DNA of 63,620 nt, filler included, from Rhabdomonas costata (GCA_019059605.1; 43 parts of 43 records of this genome joined end to end with filler, not necessarily neighbours in it), one strand, 5' to 3'. Counted from the whole stretch's first letter, positions 1-13,339 are shown. Notes: generated by a model from the letters alone, not told the origin. Translations and numbers: made by a program.

Positions 1-276
1 TTTGGGTGGTGCATCGCCACCTAACCCCCTGTGAAATCAAAAATGTCACCTCAGGGACCTCTTTTGTCTCTAGACATGAGAGGGGGGGGTACGTCAGGAG
101 ACAAATTTGGCGGATAAAGTGCCCTTAGACCAACGATACAGGCACTGGAACTCCGCCCGGGGAGTGGCTTGGATCGTTTCGCAGAGTGCAAAGCAAACCC
201 GGTGGTTCGCGCACGCCGTGGAGAAACCGCAGCTGGACTGATTCAGTGTGGACACAAATGAAGCAGCCCTACGCAC

Positions 277-976
277 CTGTTTTGTCACTGAAGATATGGC
301 CGACCTGCCCCAGGTTTTCAGGAATGTTCATTGCCCGCACCGCGGCCCGGGAGTTGGTCTTCTCGCAGTACAGCTCAAGGTCCTGCTCGATCTGCCGGCA
401 CAGGATTAGCTGCACGAGCTGCAGTACGGGAAAGGATGACTGGGAAACAGGAACACGAGGAGCCAGTCTCATTGTTTTGACAAAGCGTGGTCTATTGGGG
501 CCCATCAAACACTCGTTGAGGGGATGAATGCATACGAACGAGCAAGAACCGTAGAACCATTAAGAAGGACTCGCTATAGAAATTTACAAACAAAGCATGA
601 CAAGACAACCAGCACAACAGGAAGAAACACAAAAAGGCAGAACTCATTGCTTCATGAATTGGATGGGTTGGGCAAAGAATAATTATCACGCAGCAGTCTG
701 CTGATAAGCAGACGAGGGGTATTTAGGAGTTGGTGGCGCATTCCGCTTTTTAATTTTTTCAATCTACTTCGATGAAATTCCAACGTTTCTTGGTGCTAGC
801 TTCTCTTTCACTCGCGAATACACGGGAACGGCAACCCACCTCGAGCATGACGTACAGCGCGATCGGGATCAGCACTTGAAAGCACACGATGCTCGTCCAA
901 AATGCCAGAAAGCCCATCCACGCTGGACTCCTGGTCTCCTGCATCACCGGGAAGGAGCTTCTCCCGTACCAAAAAG
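277..976 (-). CDS. P4-type ATPase (phospholipid flippase), two internal exons 976-840 and 418-277
   Basis: Spliced translation ...FQVLIPIALYVMLE|LVQ...DLELYCEKTNSRAAVRAMNIPENLGQVGHIFSDKT(G) has the P4-ATPase PISLYV-like, ELGQV-like and DKTG motifs. GT-AG intron. Confidence 0.92.
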
Positions 977-1383
977 CTGTGACCAACGGAAAGGAACACA
1001 AAAAACGAAAGAAGAATCGATGACAACGGGTTCTGAGGCTTGAGAAGCAAGGCGGAGGGCTAGAAAAAAGCGCCTGAAAACTCAATGCTGACATCAAGAA
1101 AAGCATCTTGCTGCCGTATAGAAGGACCACCGACAGCGAGGCAGACCAGCTCGAAAGCTCAGGCGCACCTCAGGTTTTCGAATCGCGGTTAAATCGTGGT
1201 GAGCGGAACTCTGCATTTCGATTAAATCATCACATCCATGGACGCCTACGGGAAGGTCCCCTGTTTACCCAAGATCTGCACGAGGATGCAGATGTGTTGT
1301 TAAAATCGAGAAATTACAGAGCAAGCATGCACACCCGTCCCCAGGGCTACCATAAGGCACAGCAAGAACATCACCACACCACC

Positions 1384-1483
1384 NNNNNNNNNNNNNNNNN
1401 NNNNNNNNNNNNNNNNNNNNNNNNNNNTTAATTAATTAANNNNNNNNNNNNNNNNNNNNNNNNNNNNNNNNNNNNNNNNNNNN
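1384..1483. other. Artificial contig-joining spacer N44-TTAATTAATTAA-N44 (first of 42, recurring every ~1.48 kb)
   Basis: The same 100-nt block recurs throughout. TTAATTAATTAA puts stops in all six frames. Flanking contigs are unrelated and almost equal in length. Confidence 0.99.
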
Positions 1484-1782
1484 GGGTGGGTGTGAGCATG
1501 AGCAAGGCAGCATTTAGTGAGAAGAGTAAGAGTAAGGCTGCATTCCGTCGCGACCTTCTATTCGGGCGGGATGCTGCTGGTAAGCCCTCCAATGTTGCGA
1601 AGTCCTAGTGGTCGAAGTGGTCATCTTGCCTGTTGCTCGAAAACGAGACCGCACCAACCATCCACTCACCATTCAAATACAGTAGGTTACATCGTAAACT
1701 CAGAACCACAAAAACCACTGACTAGCATTGAAAGTGGTAAGGTAAGGTTCAAGGAAAGGGAGGAACTCAAGCCCAGCCATAC

Positions 1783-2474
1783 GTCCACGTATTCCTTGGT
1801 GAACACAGGGGTGGTGATGTGCTCCTCGCGGTTGAGCGGCACGCGCTGCTCCTCAACCCGCTCAATAACCTTCTCCAAGATCTGTTCCACGGGAACCGGG
1901 ATCTCCACCGTCCGCACCACCTCTTGGGTGACCTGCTCCGTGAACTCCTGCAGAAGCACGCACGACCCGCATTTTATTCCGTTCACGCCATTTCGCGCAA
2001 CCGCCACGACATGCACACTCGGCAGTTCACAGAGGCACAGAGTCATCACAAGGGAGAAAGTCACAGCTGATCTCCAAAACTGGTCATAGAAACCTCAAAT
2101 ACGAGATTTAATGGCACTCATCATTTAAAGTCCAAAAAGTGCTGAAAAACTCCTGAAACACCCAGAAAGTCGCGTGCAATCCGAGAAAACCATGTAATTG
2201 TGAAGGCCCTTAAGTGGCGCGGACAATATTATGTCCGCTTCCCTTAAAAGCAACGCTGTTAGACTTAATAGCGAAAACTGGAGAGAAAAAGCGGAATCCT
2301 ATTTGCAGGTGCCAGGAGCAAACACACACGGACTCAGCAGATGCATATAAAAGAGGTCCTTTGCTCACCCGTATCTCAAGTGTGCAAAGCAAAGGTCGTA
2401 CCATAGGGGTGGGCACATCATAGGGCACCTCCACGTGCTTCTCCACGGTCCTGGTGACGGTCTGGGGGACAGTC
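1783..2474 (-). CDS. Articulin-like pellicle/membrane-skeleton protein, exons 2474-2402 and 1947-1783
   Basis: V/P/E-rich repeats TVEKHVEVPYDVPTPM|EFTEQVTQEVVRTVEIPVPVEQILEKVIERVEEQRVP resemble euglenid articulins. GT-AG boundaries in phase. Confidence 0.75.
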
Positions 2475-3071
2475 CTGAGGGAAAGAAGGAAGAAAAACTG
2501 TACAGAAAAACTGTAGGAAAGTTATGCAAAAAGAACATAAAACACCGTCCCAAAAAGTAACGCCCACGGTTGAGGCAGTGCAGCGCTGTAAACGGAAGTA
2601 TTCACAGCGAGAAATGGAGGATGCAAGCAATGGGAGCGTGTGATCACTTGAGAGAGAGAGAGAGAGACAAAACGGCCCTGTAGTGTGAGACAACGCGGAA
2701 GAATTTAACTGACATAATATTCGTCAAAAAAAAAGGCAGAAACGAAGACACTAATTTGAAAGCAGTACAGTTGCGAGGAATCCACACACTGCCTTATTCA
2801 AGCCAGCTGTTGATACAAAAAAGGCAGCACACACACACGCACACACAGACGTTGCACACAACCCCNNNNNNNNNNNNNNNNNNNNNNNNNNNNNNNNNNN
2901 NNNNNNNNNTTAATTAATTAANNNNNNNNNNNNNNNNNNNNNNNNNNNNNNNNNNNNNNNNNNNNGCTTGCCAACTCACAAAACCAAAACCAAAAGCAAA
3001 GCGCAACCACTATAGATCGACAACCCTGCGACGCAGATATAAGGTTCGGTGCAATGCGAAGGCGATCAACC

Positions 3072-4056
3072 GTAAAAGAGGGCCATCGTCACGCTGGGCA
3101 GCCCCGCCCATGCCACCCCGGCGCCAACCCGGAACGCCCCCGCGGACACCACCGTGGGGCAGCTCCGGAACGCCGTGAAGTACCCTGAGCCTACATCAAC
3201 CCCCAGCGGAACCACAGGAGCAAAATACACACATACTCAACCTCCATCCCCCTTTCTCTCTATTTTTCTCTTCGGTCAGGGGCAGCTTTTCGTTTCATCA
3301 TCCCTCTCCGTCACACACACACACACACCACACGCTTGTGTGTGTTTCCTTTTCCGCATTTTAATCACACAAAAACATGCACAAATACGAACAAACAATT
3401 CAACTGTCAAAGAACAGAAGAATATCGATTCTTTCCTCGTGCCGAATGGAGGTTTAACATTAAGCGAACAGTTTCCTTTGTTTATGGGTGGGATAGGTCG
3501 GGTCCCTGTAGATCTTCATTTCACTCCGAAAGCCTTGAGCTCAGCAGCTCAAAACATTTGTTGCGCCAAGCCAAATCTGCGTTCTTTCGTTCGAAAACCA
3601 ATGTTTTCCAAAGGGTTTTCCAAGCGATGCTAGATGATTTGTTGGTGAAGGATTAATTTGAAAAGGTCAGCCATCAGCAGACTTTTTGGATGCAGGTGCG
3701 CGCATTGAATGGAGGGTCTCGTTTAACATCAATAACAACTGGGTACACACGGCCCCACTTTTTCTGTGGTGGTTGCTCTTTCGACTCACCGGAACAAAGA
3801 GCAAAAGGGGACGTCTTCAGTAGAAACAAAACCACAACACACGGCCCCACATGTCAAACAGGCAAACACAACGAATGTAAGACGCAGTGTGTGTGTTGGG
3901 GAGTGGAGCTCCATACCGTCCACAGGAAGGTCCTGAGCCAGCGTGGAGATAGCCCGCCGCACGTGAGCGGCCAAGGGGGCCCATTGCTGCAGCCCTGCCA
4001 GCAGCTCGGAGGGGGACCCCGTCCCTTCGCCCTCCGCTGCCTCGAATGTCTCGCAT
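3072..4056 (-). CDS. Hypothetical protein, two exons (~4056-3919 and ~3185-3072)
   Basis: GC3-rich blocks with AG/GT ends and compatible phase (...LAQDLPVD|GYFTAFRSCP...). No family recognised. Confidence 0.5.
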
Positions 4057-4763
4057 CTGTTACGGTAATCAAAAAATCGGGGATTAGCGATACGTGGGAT
4101 TCAAGGTAATATGGGGATTGGGGGGCGGGGCGGACGGTGAGCACAGGTCACAGCCGTAGCGAATGGCAACACTAGTATCGTTAAAAACATTGTTGCAAAC
4201 ACAAGCAAGGCTTTACCGAAACAATTGAATGGCTCAGTTCAAAACAGAGTGAAGAGTCCAAAGATCTATGCAATGTGAAGATTTGATTCGCATCAATCCT
4301 CTCTTTCCCCCAACACCCACCAGATGCCAAAGCCCAACACACCCAACANNNNNNNNNNNNNNNNNNNNNNNNNNNNNNNNNNNNNNNNNNNNTTAATTAA
4401 TTAANNNNNNNNNNNNNNNNNNNNNNNNNNNNNNNNNNNNNNNNNNNNGGGGGTAAGATCAGAGGGTGTGATTGGAGCCAAGAATTTGTCTCGTGATAAA
4501 TGATAAGTGGTTGGTTGGTGGTTCATTTGCAGGGTTGATTATTTACATAAGGGAATGTTATGATTCACCATGCGGTGCGCCTCTCTGCGATTTCTGTCTT
4601 CTGGTGTGCGCGCATGAGTGGAACGAAAATGAAACCACCACAAGCTCTGCAATTCCATTTTCACGTGTTATGAAGACAGTCACTAAGTACCGCACATGCG
4701 TCTACACTGCAGCATCGCCGCGTCAGCAGCAGGACTTTGGTGCTTTGCGGGTTGGGGGCTCAG

Positions 4764-4956
4764 GGAGCGTTCCGGCCGCAGACAGCTATCGTGGTGGACC
4801 TCAGCCACACCTCCCCCAGCGACAGCTCCCCAGGCAACTATCTCTCTCTGCGGCGCAACCGCACCCGGAAGCCTTGGGCGGTGGCGCAGCTGCTGGAGAT
4901 GATTGTGGAGGCCGCGCGCAAGCTCAACGTCCGACCCGCGAAGATCGCCACCACAG
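4764..4956 (+). CDS. Single internal exon of a hypothetical protein (GAFRPQTAIVVDLSH...KIATT)
   Basis: GC-rich open block between ctcag| and |GTGGCC. Confidence 0.5.
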
Positions 4957-6338
4957 GTGGCCTTTTAGTCATGCGCGCAGCTCTATTGCGTTTTGCACTC
5001 ATATCCCAGAAAAACTCTTGTTTTGCACTCGTTGTCTTTTACCGCTGCTGTGCAACTCCCGAGAAGTGAAAAGAGAATATCCGCTTGAGGTTTTGTTTCC
5101 TTTGTTTTTCTTTCAAGCTCTCAACTAATCATACTCAATACTATTCTTATATTTTCTCTCGATCAACTAAGATTGCAAGTGCAACTGCAGTATTGGCACC
5201 CTATTCCATCTGTCAGTGTTGCGTTCAAGAACCCCATAATGACATACTTAATTCCTTTGAAAACCCGCCAGAAATCTTCCTTTATAAGTTTCTCTTACCG
5301 TCACACCACCCACCACTGCAAGCCTTGAGTTCTGTGTATTAAGCTGAATCGGGCGGTTTGCTTTGTATTCTTCGTTTAGATTACCAGCTTTTCCTCGAAC
5401 TTCTCCCTCATCTGACCGCGGCGGGCATCCAGTGCACCAACAAGCCCACTTCTGGTGTTTTGTGCGGAAAGAATGGAAAGAAGAGGAAGAATTCTCGACA
5501 AACCGTGAGAAATGTGCGAGGCGCTGTTTGTCAAAGACACTCTTAATAGTGCTGGCATTTCCGGTTCGGGTGACTGGAAAAAAGAAACATACACTGCCTT
5601 CAGCGGGCAAAGTGTGCAGAAACTAATTAAATTAAGATCCCGTTGTGTCGTTGGAATCTGCATGGTGCCAGTTTTGTTGCTGACGTGTTTTAACCTTGTT
5701 GGCCTATTGCTGTCGGGTTTCACTATTGTTGTTTTTTTCGTTTGGGAACCGCCACAGGGTTGCTTCCCGTGACCCACCTGATCAACAATAGTGAAACCCG
5801 ACAGCAATAGGCCAACAAGGTTAAAAAACANNNNNNNNNNNNNNNNNNNNNNNNNNNNNNNNNNNNNNNNNNNNTTAATTAATTAANNNNNNNNNNNNNN
5901 NNNNNNNNNNNNNNNNNNNNNNNNNNNNNNATGTGGGTAGTGGAGGTGTTTTCATGACTTCATGGTCACGCGCACCAAAAACAACACATCTGCAGGGGTT
6001 CCTACAAGTCAAGTTTCGTACCTCAATTTCTAACATCTTAAAACTGTTTACAGCAGTGCCTCAAAATTAGGAGACTTCCACCCAACAAATACGAGACTTC
6101 AGAGAGCGGCTTTCTCTTCTGTTTCAGTCAGTTTGAGTTAATTTCCGGGCGCGCTTGTAACAACGCCAAATCCCATAACGCTGTTAAACCTTTCAGCACG
6201 GCCTGCTAGAATTGCTTCGATCTCGGCTCAACACCTGTCCGTTTAACCGCCCTCTCCGATAAAGTGTCGCCAACCTTGAGAGAAAAAAAAGAACGCATAC
6301 AGATGGAGAGAGGAAGAAGGTGGAGAGCAGGGGCCAAC

Positions 6339-6930
6339 CGGTTTTCCCTGCTCCACTCTCCCCGGAGACGAGGATGGACCGGGCCTTGTTGCGGGTGAGC
6401 ATTGACCAGTACCCGTCGTGCGCGACGGACCATGTGTGGGTCGGGACCTGGCTTCCCCCTAAGACAGTGCCCATGAGACAGCGATGAACGAATTACGGAA
6501 TGCACACAACAAGAAAGGGAAGCTTGCAGGTGCAAAAAAAAAAAGAAGTCTGCCAGGCTCGCGCTTTGCACAGACCCTGAGGCACACCAAGACGCACGGA
6601 ACCTGGCCGAAAAGTTGAATGGAAAGGAATTTAAAATCTGCGATTGCAAAGCAGCTGGAGGTGAAGCAAAGGGCACACTACTTCAACTTCTGCACGATTA
6701 CTTACATTGGCAAACATGCGATGCGGAAAGGGGGAAGTGTGCCTTCGAGGGCTGGGTAGGAGGGGAAAGAGGGGAGGGCAAATGCCGTTCAGGGCGTCCC
6801 CCTTCTCCTCAATGTAGTGGGGCATCTTGTCATCCGTGTATAGAGGAAGGGTATAGTCGTAGGGGTTCAGGGCCAGCACAATGGGGCCAATGTTAGTGTA
6901 GATCACCTTGTCCCAGTACCGCCGGCGAAC
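6339..6930 (-). CDS. Myosin motor domain, exons 6930-6786 and 6458-6339
   Basis: IYTNIGPIVLALNPY and the P-loop SILVSGESGAGKT. The intron between the exons is GC-AG. Confidence 0.95.
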
Positions 6931-7579
6931 CTATGTACGGTGGGGAATCGCCAGAAGCAGCGCGCCGAGTGTTTAGGAACCGTGAAGACGGCATTGCAAT
7001 TGTTTCTCTGCAACAAAATAATACAAGAGACCACTCAGTTATAGGGGGAGAGGCATGAGAAGAGGGTGCACGAAGGGGTAAGACAGGGAAGGAAGAGTGA
7101 AAGAACCAGAGCAGGAGGGGAACGAACGAGGGAGAGGAAGAACGCGCGCGGGAAGAAAAAGACGGAGGGAGAATAAAGGAGAGAGAGAAGAGAAAGAGGA
7201 AGAGGGAGCGAGCGACGGTAATAACGAAGAAACGAAGAAACCAGACAAAAGTTGCCGAGGATGCAGTTGAAACAAACTGCTACTCCATAAGGCATTCGCA
7301 ATCAGACACAACNNNNNNNNNNNNNNNNNNNNNNNNNNNNNNNNNNNNNNNNNNNNTTAATTAATTAANNNNNNNNNNNNNNNNNNNNNNNNNNNNNNNN
7401 NNNNNNNNNNNNTGTGCTGGCACACTCAATCAACAAAAACGTGAATGCACCCCCCCCTCCCAAATAAGCTTCTATATCTACATCTTCTATGATAATATTC
7501 CCACTACTCTTTGGCCATTCCGATCCCTTTTCCTTCGCTTCGCCCCTTCCTTTTCCCTTCAAAGTGTCCACGGGCGACC

Positions 7580-8592
7580 TTGAGCAAGGCGGCAACAAAC
7601 ATCTTGACGAAGGGCAGCACAGCGAGGAACGGGGAATGCAAGAAGGGCAGCAGCACAACCACCAACTTGTCAAAAATGCCCTCAGTTGCCTGTTTTTTTT
7701 GCAAGGAAGAGAGGAGATAAAAAGAAAAGAAAAAAAAGAAAAGAAAATAAAAGAAAAGAAAAGAAAAGAAAAGAGAAAGAGAAATGAAAAAAGGCACCCG
7801 CTGCCCCAGGCAGAAGTCCCCAGGAGCGCAAGCTTCAACGCTTTCCTGCCGCAAAACTTCACCGCTTTCCCGCCAATTGAAAAGAACCTCCCCCCAATCG
7901 CAGCAGTGAAGTTAAAGAGCAAGCATGGACAGAAGACATAGAAACAATACATCCGAAGAACATGATGACAAAACTCTAAATCTGATCACAATAATGATCA
8001 CGATGCTTTTCAGTTGACTGTTGTGGACTACCTGAGAGGGGAGCCTGGGAGTTTTCAAAATGTCTGCGAAATGGCCAATTTGTGATGCGGACGACCCCGT
8101 GACTGAGGCGGCGTACCCAACAACCAGACTTATGCGGCGGTGACAGAGGCACTGAGGATGAAGAAAAGAAGGAATGCAATCACAGGGGACACCTCCCGCA
8201 AGTTTTTGACATGGTCCACGAGGGTAAGCACTCGAAGAAGCCCACAGAGCAAGCCGGCTTCCTCGTTGCCAGGCATCTCCCCGCTGGAGCACCCAGAGGA
8301 AGTTCGAACGGCACGAGGGGTGGGGCACGCCAGCGAAAAGGTGCCTGAAGGCAAGGTTCAGAATCCAGCAGCGCAGAATCCCTCTGAATGACTCACCACC
8401 AGAGCAAGCTGCACGGAACCGCAAAAACTCAGGCAGCGTGAATGGGAGAGAATATGCGAAGAAGAATAAAAGAAAGAGGATATAGGGGAGGGGGAGGGTA
8501 CACACTGCCCTTGTGTGATTCGCTGAGCTGACGAAGCGCCTCGCCGCTGTCCTGCAGGAGTTTCAGCACGACCTGGGGGTCGACCCATGCCT
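7580..8592 (-). CDS. Hypothetical helical protein, four short exons
   Basis: Exon-like blocks AWVDPQVVLKLLQDSGEALRQL, GLLCGLLRVLTLVDHVKNLRE, ESVEACAPGDFCLGQR and ATEGIFDKLVVVLLPFLH... with AG/GT ends. Confidence 0.45.
7715..7792 (+). repeat. (AAAAG)n-like purine microsatellite (intronic)
   Basis: Directly visible. Confidence 0.85.
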
Positions 8593-9018
8593 CTGATAGT
8601 GAGGAAATTCGGAGAAATGTTATTTGATTGGCCATGATAATAAAGCGTTACAACCCAGAAGAAAGGGAATAGGGCGCAACGACATGAATCAAACCGCGCA
8701 ACTGTAGACCTGACTCAACATTGACATCGAAAAGGGGGACAAATTTGACGACATTTAGGCCTAGGGCCCAAAAACACCAAACACACCCACCACNNNNNNN
8801 NNNNNNNNNNNNNNNNNNNNNNNNNNNNNNNNNNNNNTTAATTAATTAANNNNNNNNNNNNNNNNNNNNNNNNNNNNNNNNNNNNNNNNNNNNGTTGGTG
8901 TGGATTTTCGAATGTGGTCAGTCATCGTGTAAATGGAGTAAATGGAGTGTTGGTTGATTAGAACTGTATTCAAGGATGGTGTCAGTTTTCTTGATCAACA
9001 ATTGGATGGAAATTGGAT

Positions 9019-10250
9019 GCGATGCTCGAGCTGCCGCCGGAAAGCCGGCCGCTGTTGAGTGGTCCACCGATTCCACAAGAGCTCATGCTCCCGAAGCTCC
9101 GCGCAGCTGCAGCGTGGGTGGCACAACTGCTTGCAGTGCGCACAGAAGCCTCTCTGGCAGTTCGGGCACTGAACAGGCCGCCCTCGGGGGGCACCAGCAG
9201 GCTGCAGGGGCTCCGGAATCTCAAGAATCATGGTGCAACCAGGACAGAGAAAGTAGTTCGGCGAATTTCCCAGCACAGACGCGGTCAGTAGCTTGGCAAA
9301 AGTGGCCTGGTGTGCCTCCGGAAGCTGGCTCCAGCAGCCCACGTAGTCTTCATAGCGCAAGGTGTACCGTGAGGCCTGACCCTGGGCAGTGATGGGGCAT
9401 ATCGGGCAATATAGCGCTGCCACGCTGCCGCTGTCGACGAGGTCGAGGAAGCGGCCGAAGCATTCCGCGCAAAGGCTGTGGCTGTGGGGGCAGTGCACGG
9501 ACACAAGCGGCTCTTCGCAGAGGTCCCCGCAGGTGGGACACATACTTCGCAGCTTTGTCTCTACCACCGGCGGTGCTACCCCGGCGGCCTCGTTCGGGCA
9601 TTGAGGAGCATCAGCAGGAACAGCAGGAACAGCCCATCGGGCAGGAGGTTGTAACCGGACTTGCAGCTATGATTTAAAACATTTCGACAATCAAAGCATA
9701 CACTTGACGAAGGAAAAGCAAGACAACGGTTGCCATTTCCCACTGAATGAATACCAGAAAAGGGAAAGATAGGGGGAGGGGGCATCAGGATTCGAGTCCA
9801 AAACTCGGTGCACCAAAATATAAATCGCAGCCCACCATGACCATTTTCAGCCACACACCGTGATTCGGGATTTAACCTCCCCACCCCCCCGCCGCAAAAT
9901 AAAAACTTAAAACCCCGGGAAAGGACGAGACATCCCACCATTACCACCACCTTGCAAACCTTCCGAAAACGCTCCTGGATATCAGCGATCTGCTGGTACA
10001 ACCCCTGGGTGGTTCCAGAGTCCGCGAAGGAAGTGGAAGCGCTGCGCGAGGCTGAGCGGCCATCTGACGTGCTGGAACCCTGTGAAGGGTCCTCGGCCGC
10101 CCTACCTCCACCCCGAGCAGATGCAGACGCGACAGCGGGGGGCTTCTCGGGCCCAGACAGCGAGAAGGTGAGGGTCACCTCCTCGAAGGAAGCACGGGGT
10201 TGCGGAGAGGAAGGGCGCGCGGCACCATCCCCATCATGGGCAGCACTCAT
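9019..10250 (-). CDS. RBR (RING-IBR) E3 ubiquitin ligase, 5' part (exons ~10250-9952 and ~9666-9019)
   Basis: RING1 CPTC...CPHSHSLCAEC...CPIC, followed by IBR CPGC...VQCPNCQRGFCAHCKQLCHPRCSC. Confidence 0.85.
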
Positions 10251-11857
10251 GGAAAAGGAAACGAAACAAAACAAANNNNNNNNNNNNNNNNNNNNNNNNN
10301 NNNNNNNNNNNNNNNNNNNTTAATTAATTAANNNNNNNNNNNNNNNNNNNNNNNNNNNNNNNNNNNNNNNNNNNNGGGGGGGTGGGACGTGTAGCAGTCA
10401 TGAGCCCTTTCGGTATGGCCTTTCATGGACCATTGAAATTTCTCGTACCTGCTTTTGGCAGAAGATTGGGGCAGGTTTCGTTAACGGTCGGAGAACTTAC
10501 TGGTTGGTGGCTCTCCCGGGGAACTGCTAACGAACCGCTAAACATATAGCGGACATAGCAATGCTATGGCCATGGGTTTGCTAAGCAATGCCCTCGGCGC
10601 ATGCATTAATGCACATCCCATGCACACCCTCGGCGCATGCATGCATTAATTTTCGCGAAAGGGATTGAAGGTGACGTGTTCTTGCGTAGCGTGAACAACC
10701 AACCATGCATGAAATTTAAAGGATTCGAAAAGCTGTAACCTTTTATCAGTGGAAACCGTTCGTCAGTGTGAACTTGGAGCACCCCACCCCAACAAAGCAC
10801 TTGAGTATCTTTGGCGGTGGAGATGGTTTTCCGCAAATGAGTTGACCACGGTTCCTCGGTTTTTCCGTGGTGACGATTGTACCCAAAAGCCGATCGGAGG
10901 GAGAGCCGCATTGTTAGGAACCGTGGCGGGGACATGTGAGTGTACGTGCGGGTTCTGTAGAGTACCCCGCAGTCCCAGCGGAAGCAACGCCGAGGGCTGT
11001 GGGAGGTGCTGGCCGGGGCGTTCTCCAAGGCGATGTTTTGGAGAGAGCCAACCAGCCGCAGCCCTTCAGAGGTGCTTCGTGATGCGTGTTCGCATGTCGT
11101 TTCTGTGGAACTGACCGAGGAGCTCAAGCCCGTGGAAGCTTTACCCGCGAGCAGTGGTCACGGAGTGTGGAGAGTTGACACAAGGAATACCTTAAGCGTG
11201 TTTTCCTTCTTTTTGCAAACGTGTACACTTATGGTATGCCCATCGGCAGCGCAAAGCGCACAAGCCAAGATAGAGGGAGTCCTTCTAATGACCCTATCTA
11301 GCCTAGTGTCAACAGCCTCGCAGTGGCACTTTTGGGCACCACGCCCCATCTTCTGGGAGGGAGGGGGTCCTGGCCTCTGAGATGTTCGTGTTAGGAGTAC
11401 TCCGGTACACTATGGTGCAGCCTATGGTGCCTACGGTAAACTAATGCCCGATGGCCAATTGGCATGTTGGATGAGTGGACAAGGCAGAGGGCGCAGGGCA
11501 GCAGGACAGGACTGGTTCATATCAGAAGGAGTTGCAGTGGACACACGCCGGCCAGCGGTTTCCAGAATTAGCCCAAGACTGACGTGGTTTTCGCGCTCGA
11601 TGAAAGTTCCGCGGATGCAGCAAACTTGTCCCGCTGTCGTTGTGTAGGCGTTTTGAACACCCTTAGTGGACACTTAAGAGCATGCCCAAGTCTCCAGGGA
11701 TGCGAAGAACCCAAGAGCGCAGAGGGAGCTCATCCGTGGCTATGTTACCACAACAAANNNNNNNNNNNNNNNNNNNNNNNNNNNNNNNNNNNNNNNNNNN
11801 NTTAATTAATTAANNNNNNNNNNNNNNNNNNNNNNNNNNNNNNNNNNNNNNNNNNNN

Positions 11858-13026
11858 ACGCGGATGAAGTTCTCCTGGGGCAGCGGCAGCAGGCCACCTC
11901 CCTCAGGAAGGAAGGAGGGTCTGCGGTAAATACACACATCATCGGTCCATCGGTCCATCCCGTTCTCTGACCATTCTGTTTCACTGTATCCTTCCACTCA
12001 CTCCTGTCCAGCAAAAGGAGGGGGGGGGGGTTGAAGTTGCGTGAATTGAGTTGGTTTTCTTTTCTCTTTATTATTATCTTTTTACAGTTTTTGTTCTGTC
12101 CAATTTAATGGCGATCGTAAAAGAAAAACTGGCCAATCATAATGAACCCCCGACAAGATCACTCAATGTGCGAAACGTTCTAAGAGTTAAGAGTGAGGGC
12201 GAAGCCGAAGAACCCGGGATCTTATGTATATACACTGGGCCTCCCAAACCTGCGTAGGCCGATCCTTGCACCCTCACGCCGGTACCCACCCGTTCCGCAA
12301 GAATCCTTACTTGCGCGAAAAGACCGCCCACCCCAGCCAATTTATGCACTACGATAGAAAAGAAACGAACACCCCCTTGACAAAAACTTCGCACATTCTG
12401 TAAACTGCAAAATGGATGTAGGGCATTTCCTGCCGGTTTTATGCAGCATAAGCGCAATTTTGCACGCATGAAATAAGCTCGAAAAAATTCCCATTCTGGG
12501 GCCTTTCTGCCCGTAAGGGGCTTGTGTCATCCACCCACTACCCATACTCATCCACTGTGACGCACACAAAAACAGGGCGACCCTGTCGCACACGACACGG
12601 AGGAAAAACAAAACTCATTCAAAACACAAGTGCGGGATCACGCAATACAAAAAATACACACGCACGCATCACGCAATTGCTGAATGACTGCTCTTGACTG
12701 CCTTTGTATGGTATGTTCAGAGAGCACTCAAACGGTATCCATCTAGATACCCAATCATATACAAGCATGACATTGTCGAGAACAGGAATGGCAGGTGTTC
12801 CAAAACCAAACATATGGGTGGGAACGGGCGCACACCGAGGGAAGAAGCGGCCGTCTAGGGTGAACCGTGGGCTGTGGTCCCTGCTGGTGGAGTTGACGGG
12901 GCCCAGCCCGAGCTGCATAAACGAGGCGCTGCTGCGGCGCGGGGGCCGCTCTGGGGGCTGCAGGGAGTCAAAGCTAACTGTGGCGGGCCGGGGAATAGTC
13001 GGGGTGGAGTCTGCGCTCTTGCTCTC
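11858..13026 (-). CDS. Hypothetical low-complexity protein, exons ~13026-12867 and ~11920-11858
   Basis: In-phase GT-AG join ...STSRDHSPR|PSFLPEGGGLLPLPQENFIR. Confidence 0.45.
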
Positions 13027-13339
13027 CTGAGGACAGTGCCACACACATCCGCACTCGCACCTTTCAGCTTCAATCTCACCACAACTAATGTGGCTCACAT
13101 TGTCATGCTTTCTTGTTTATATTGTCGGTTCAGCTTTGCTTCCAATCAACGCTCAACGGTGAACGATGCTCTCGTTTTGTACAAGCAGCTTGAAATGCCA
13201 CCAGTTTGATTTGCAAAACAGCCACGTTTTTCTCTTGACNNNNNNNNNNNNNNNNNNNNNNNNNNNNNNNNNNNNNNNNNNNNTTAATTAATTAANNNNN
13301 NNNNNNNNNNNNNNNNNNNNNNNNNNNNNNNNNNNNNNN

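Noticed and set aside
5688-5830. 44-bp perfect inverted repeat as MITE TIRs
   Set aside because: The right arm ends at the contig end in a C/A-only tail; probable fold-back.
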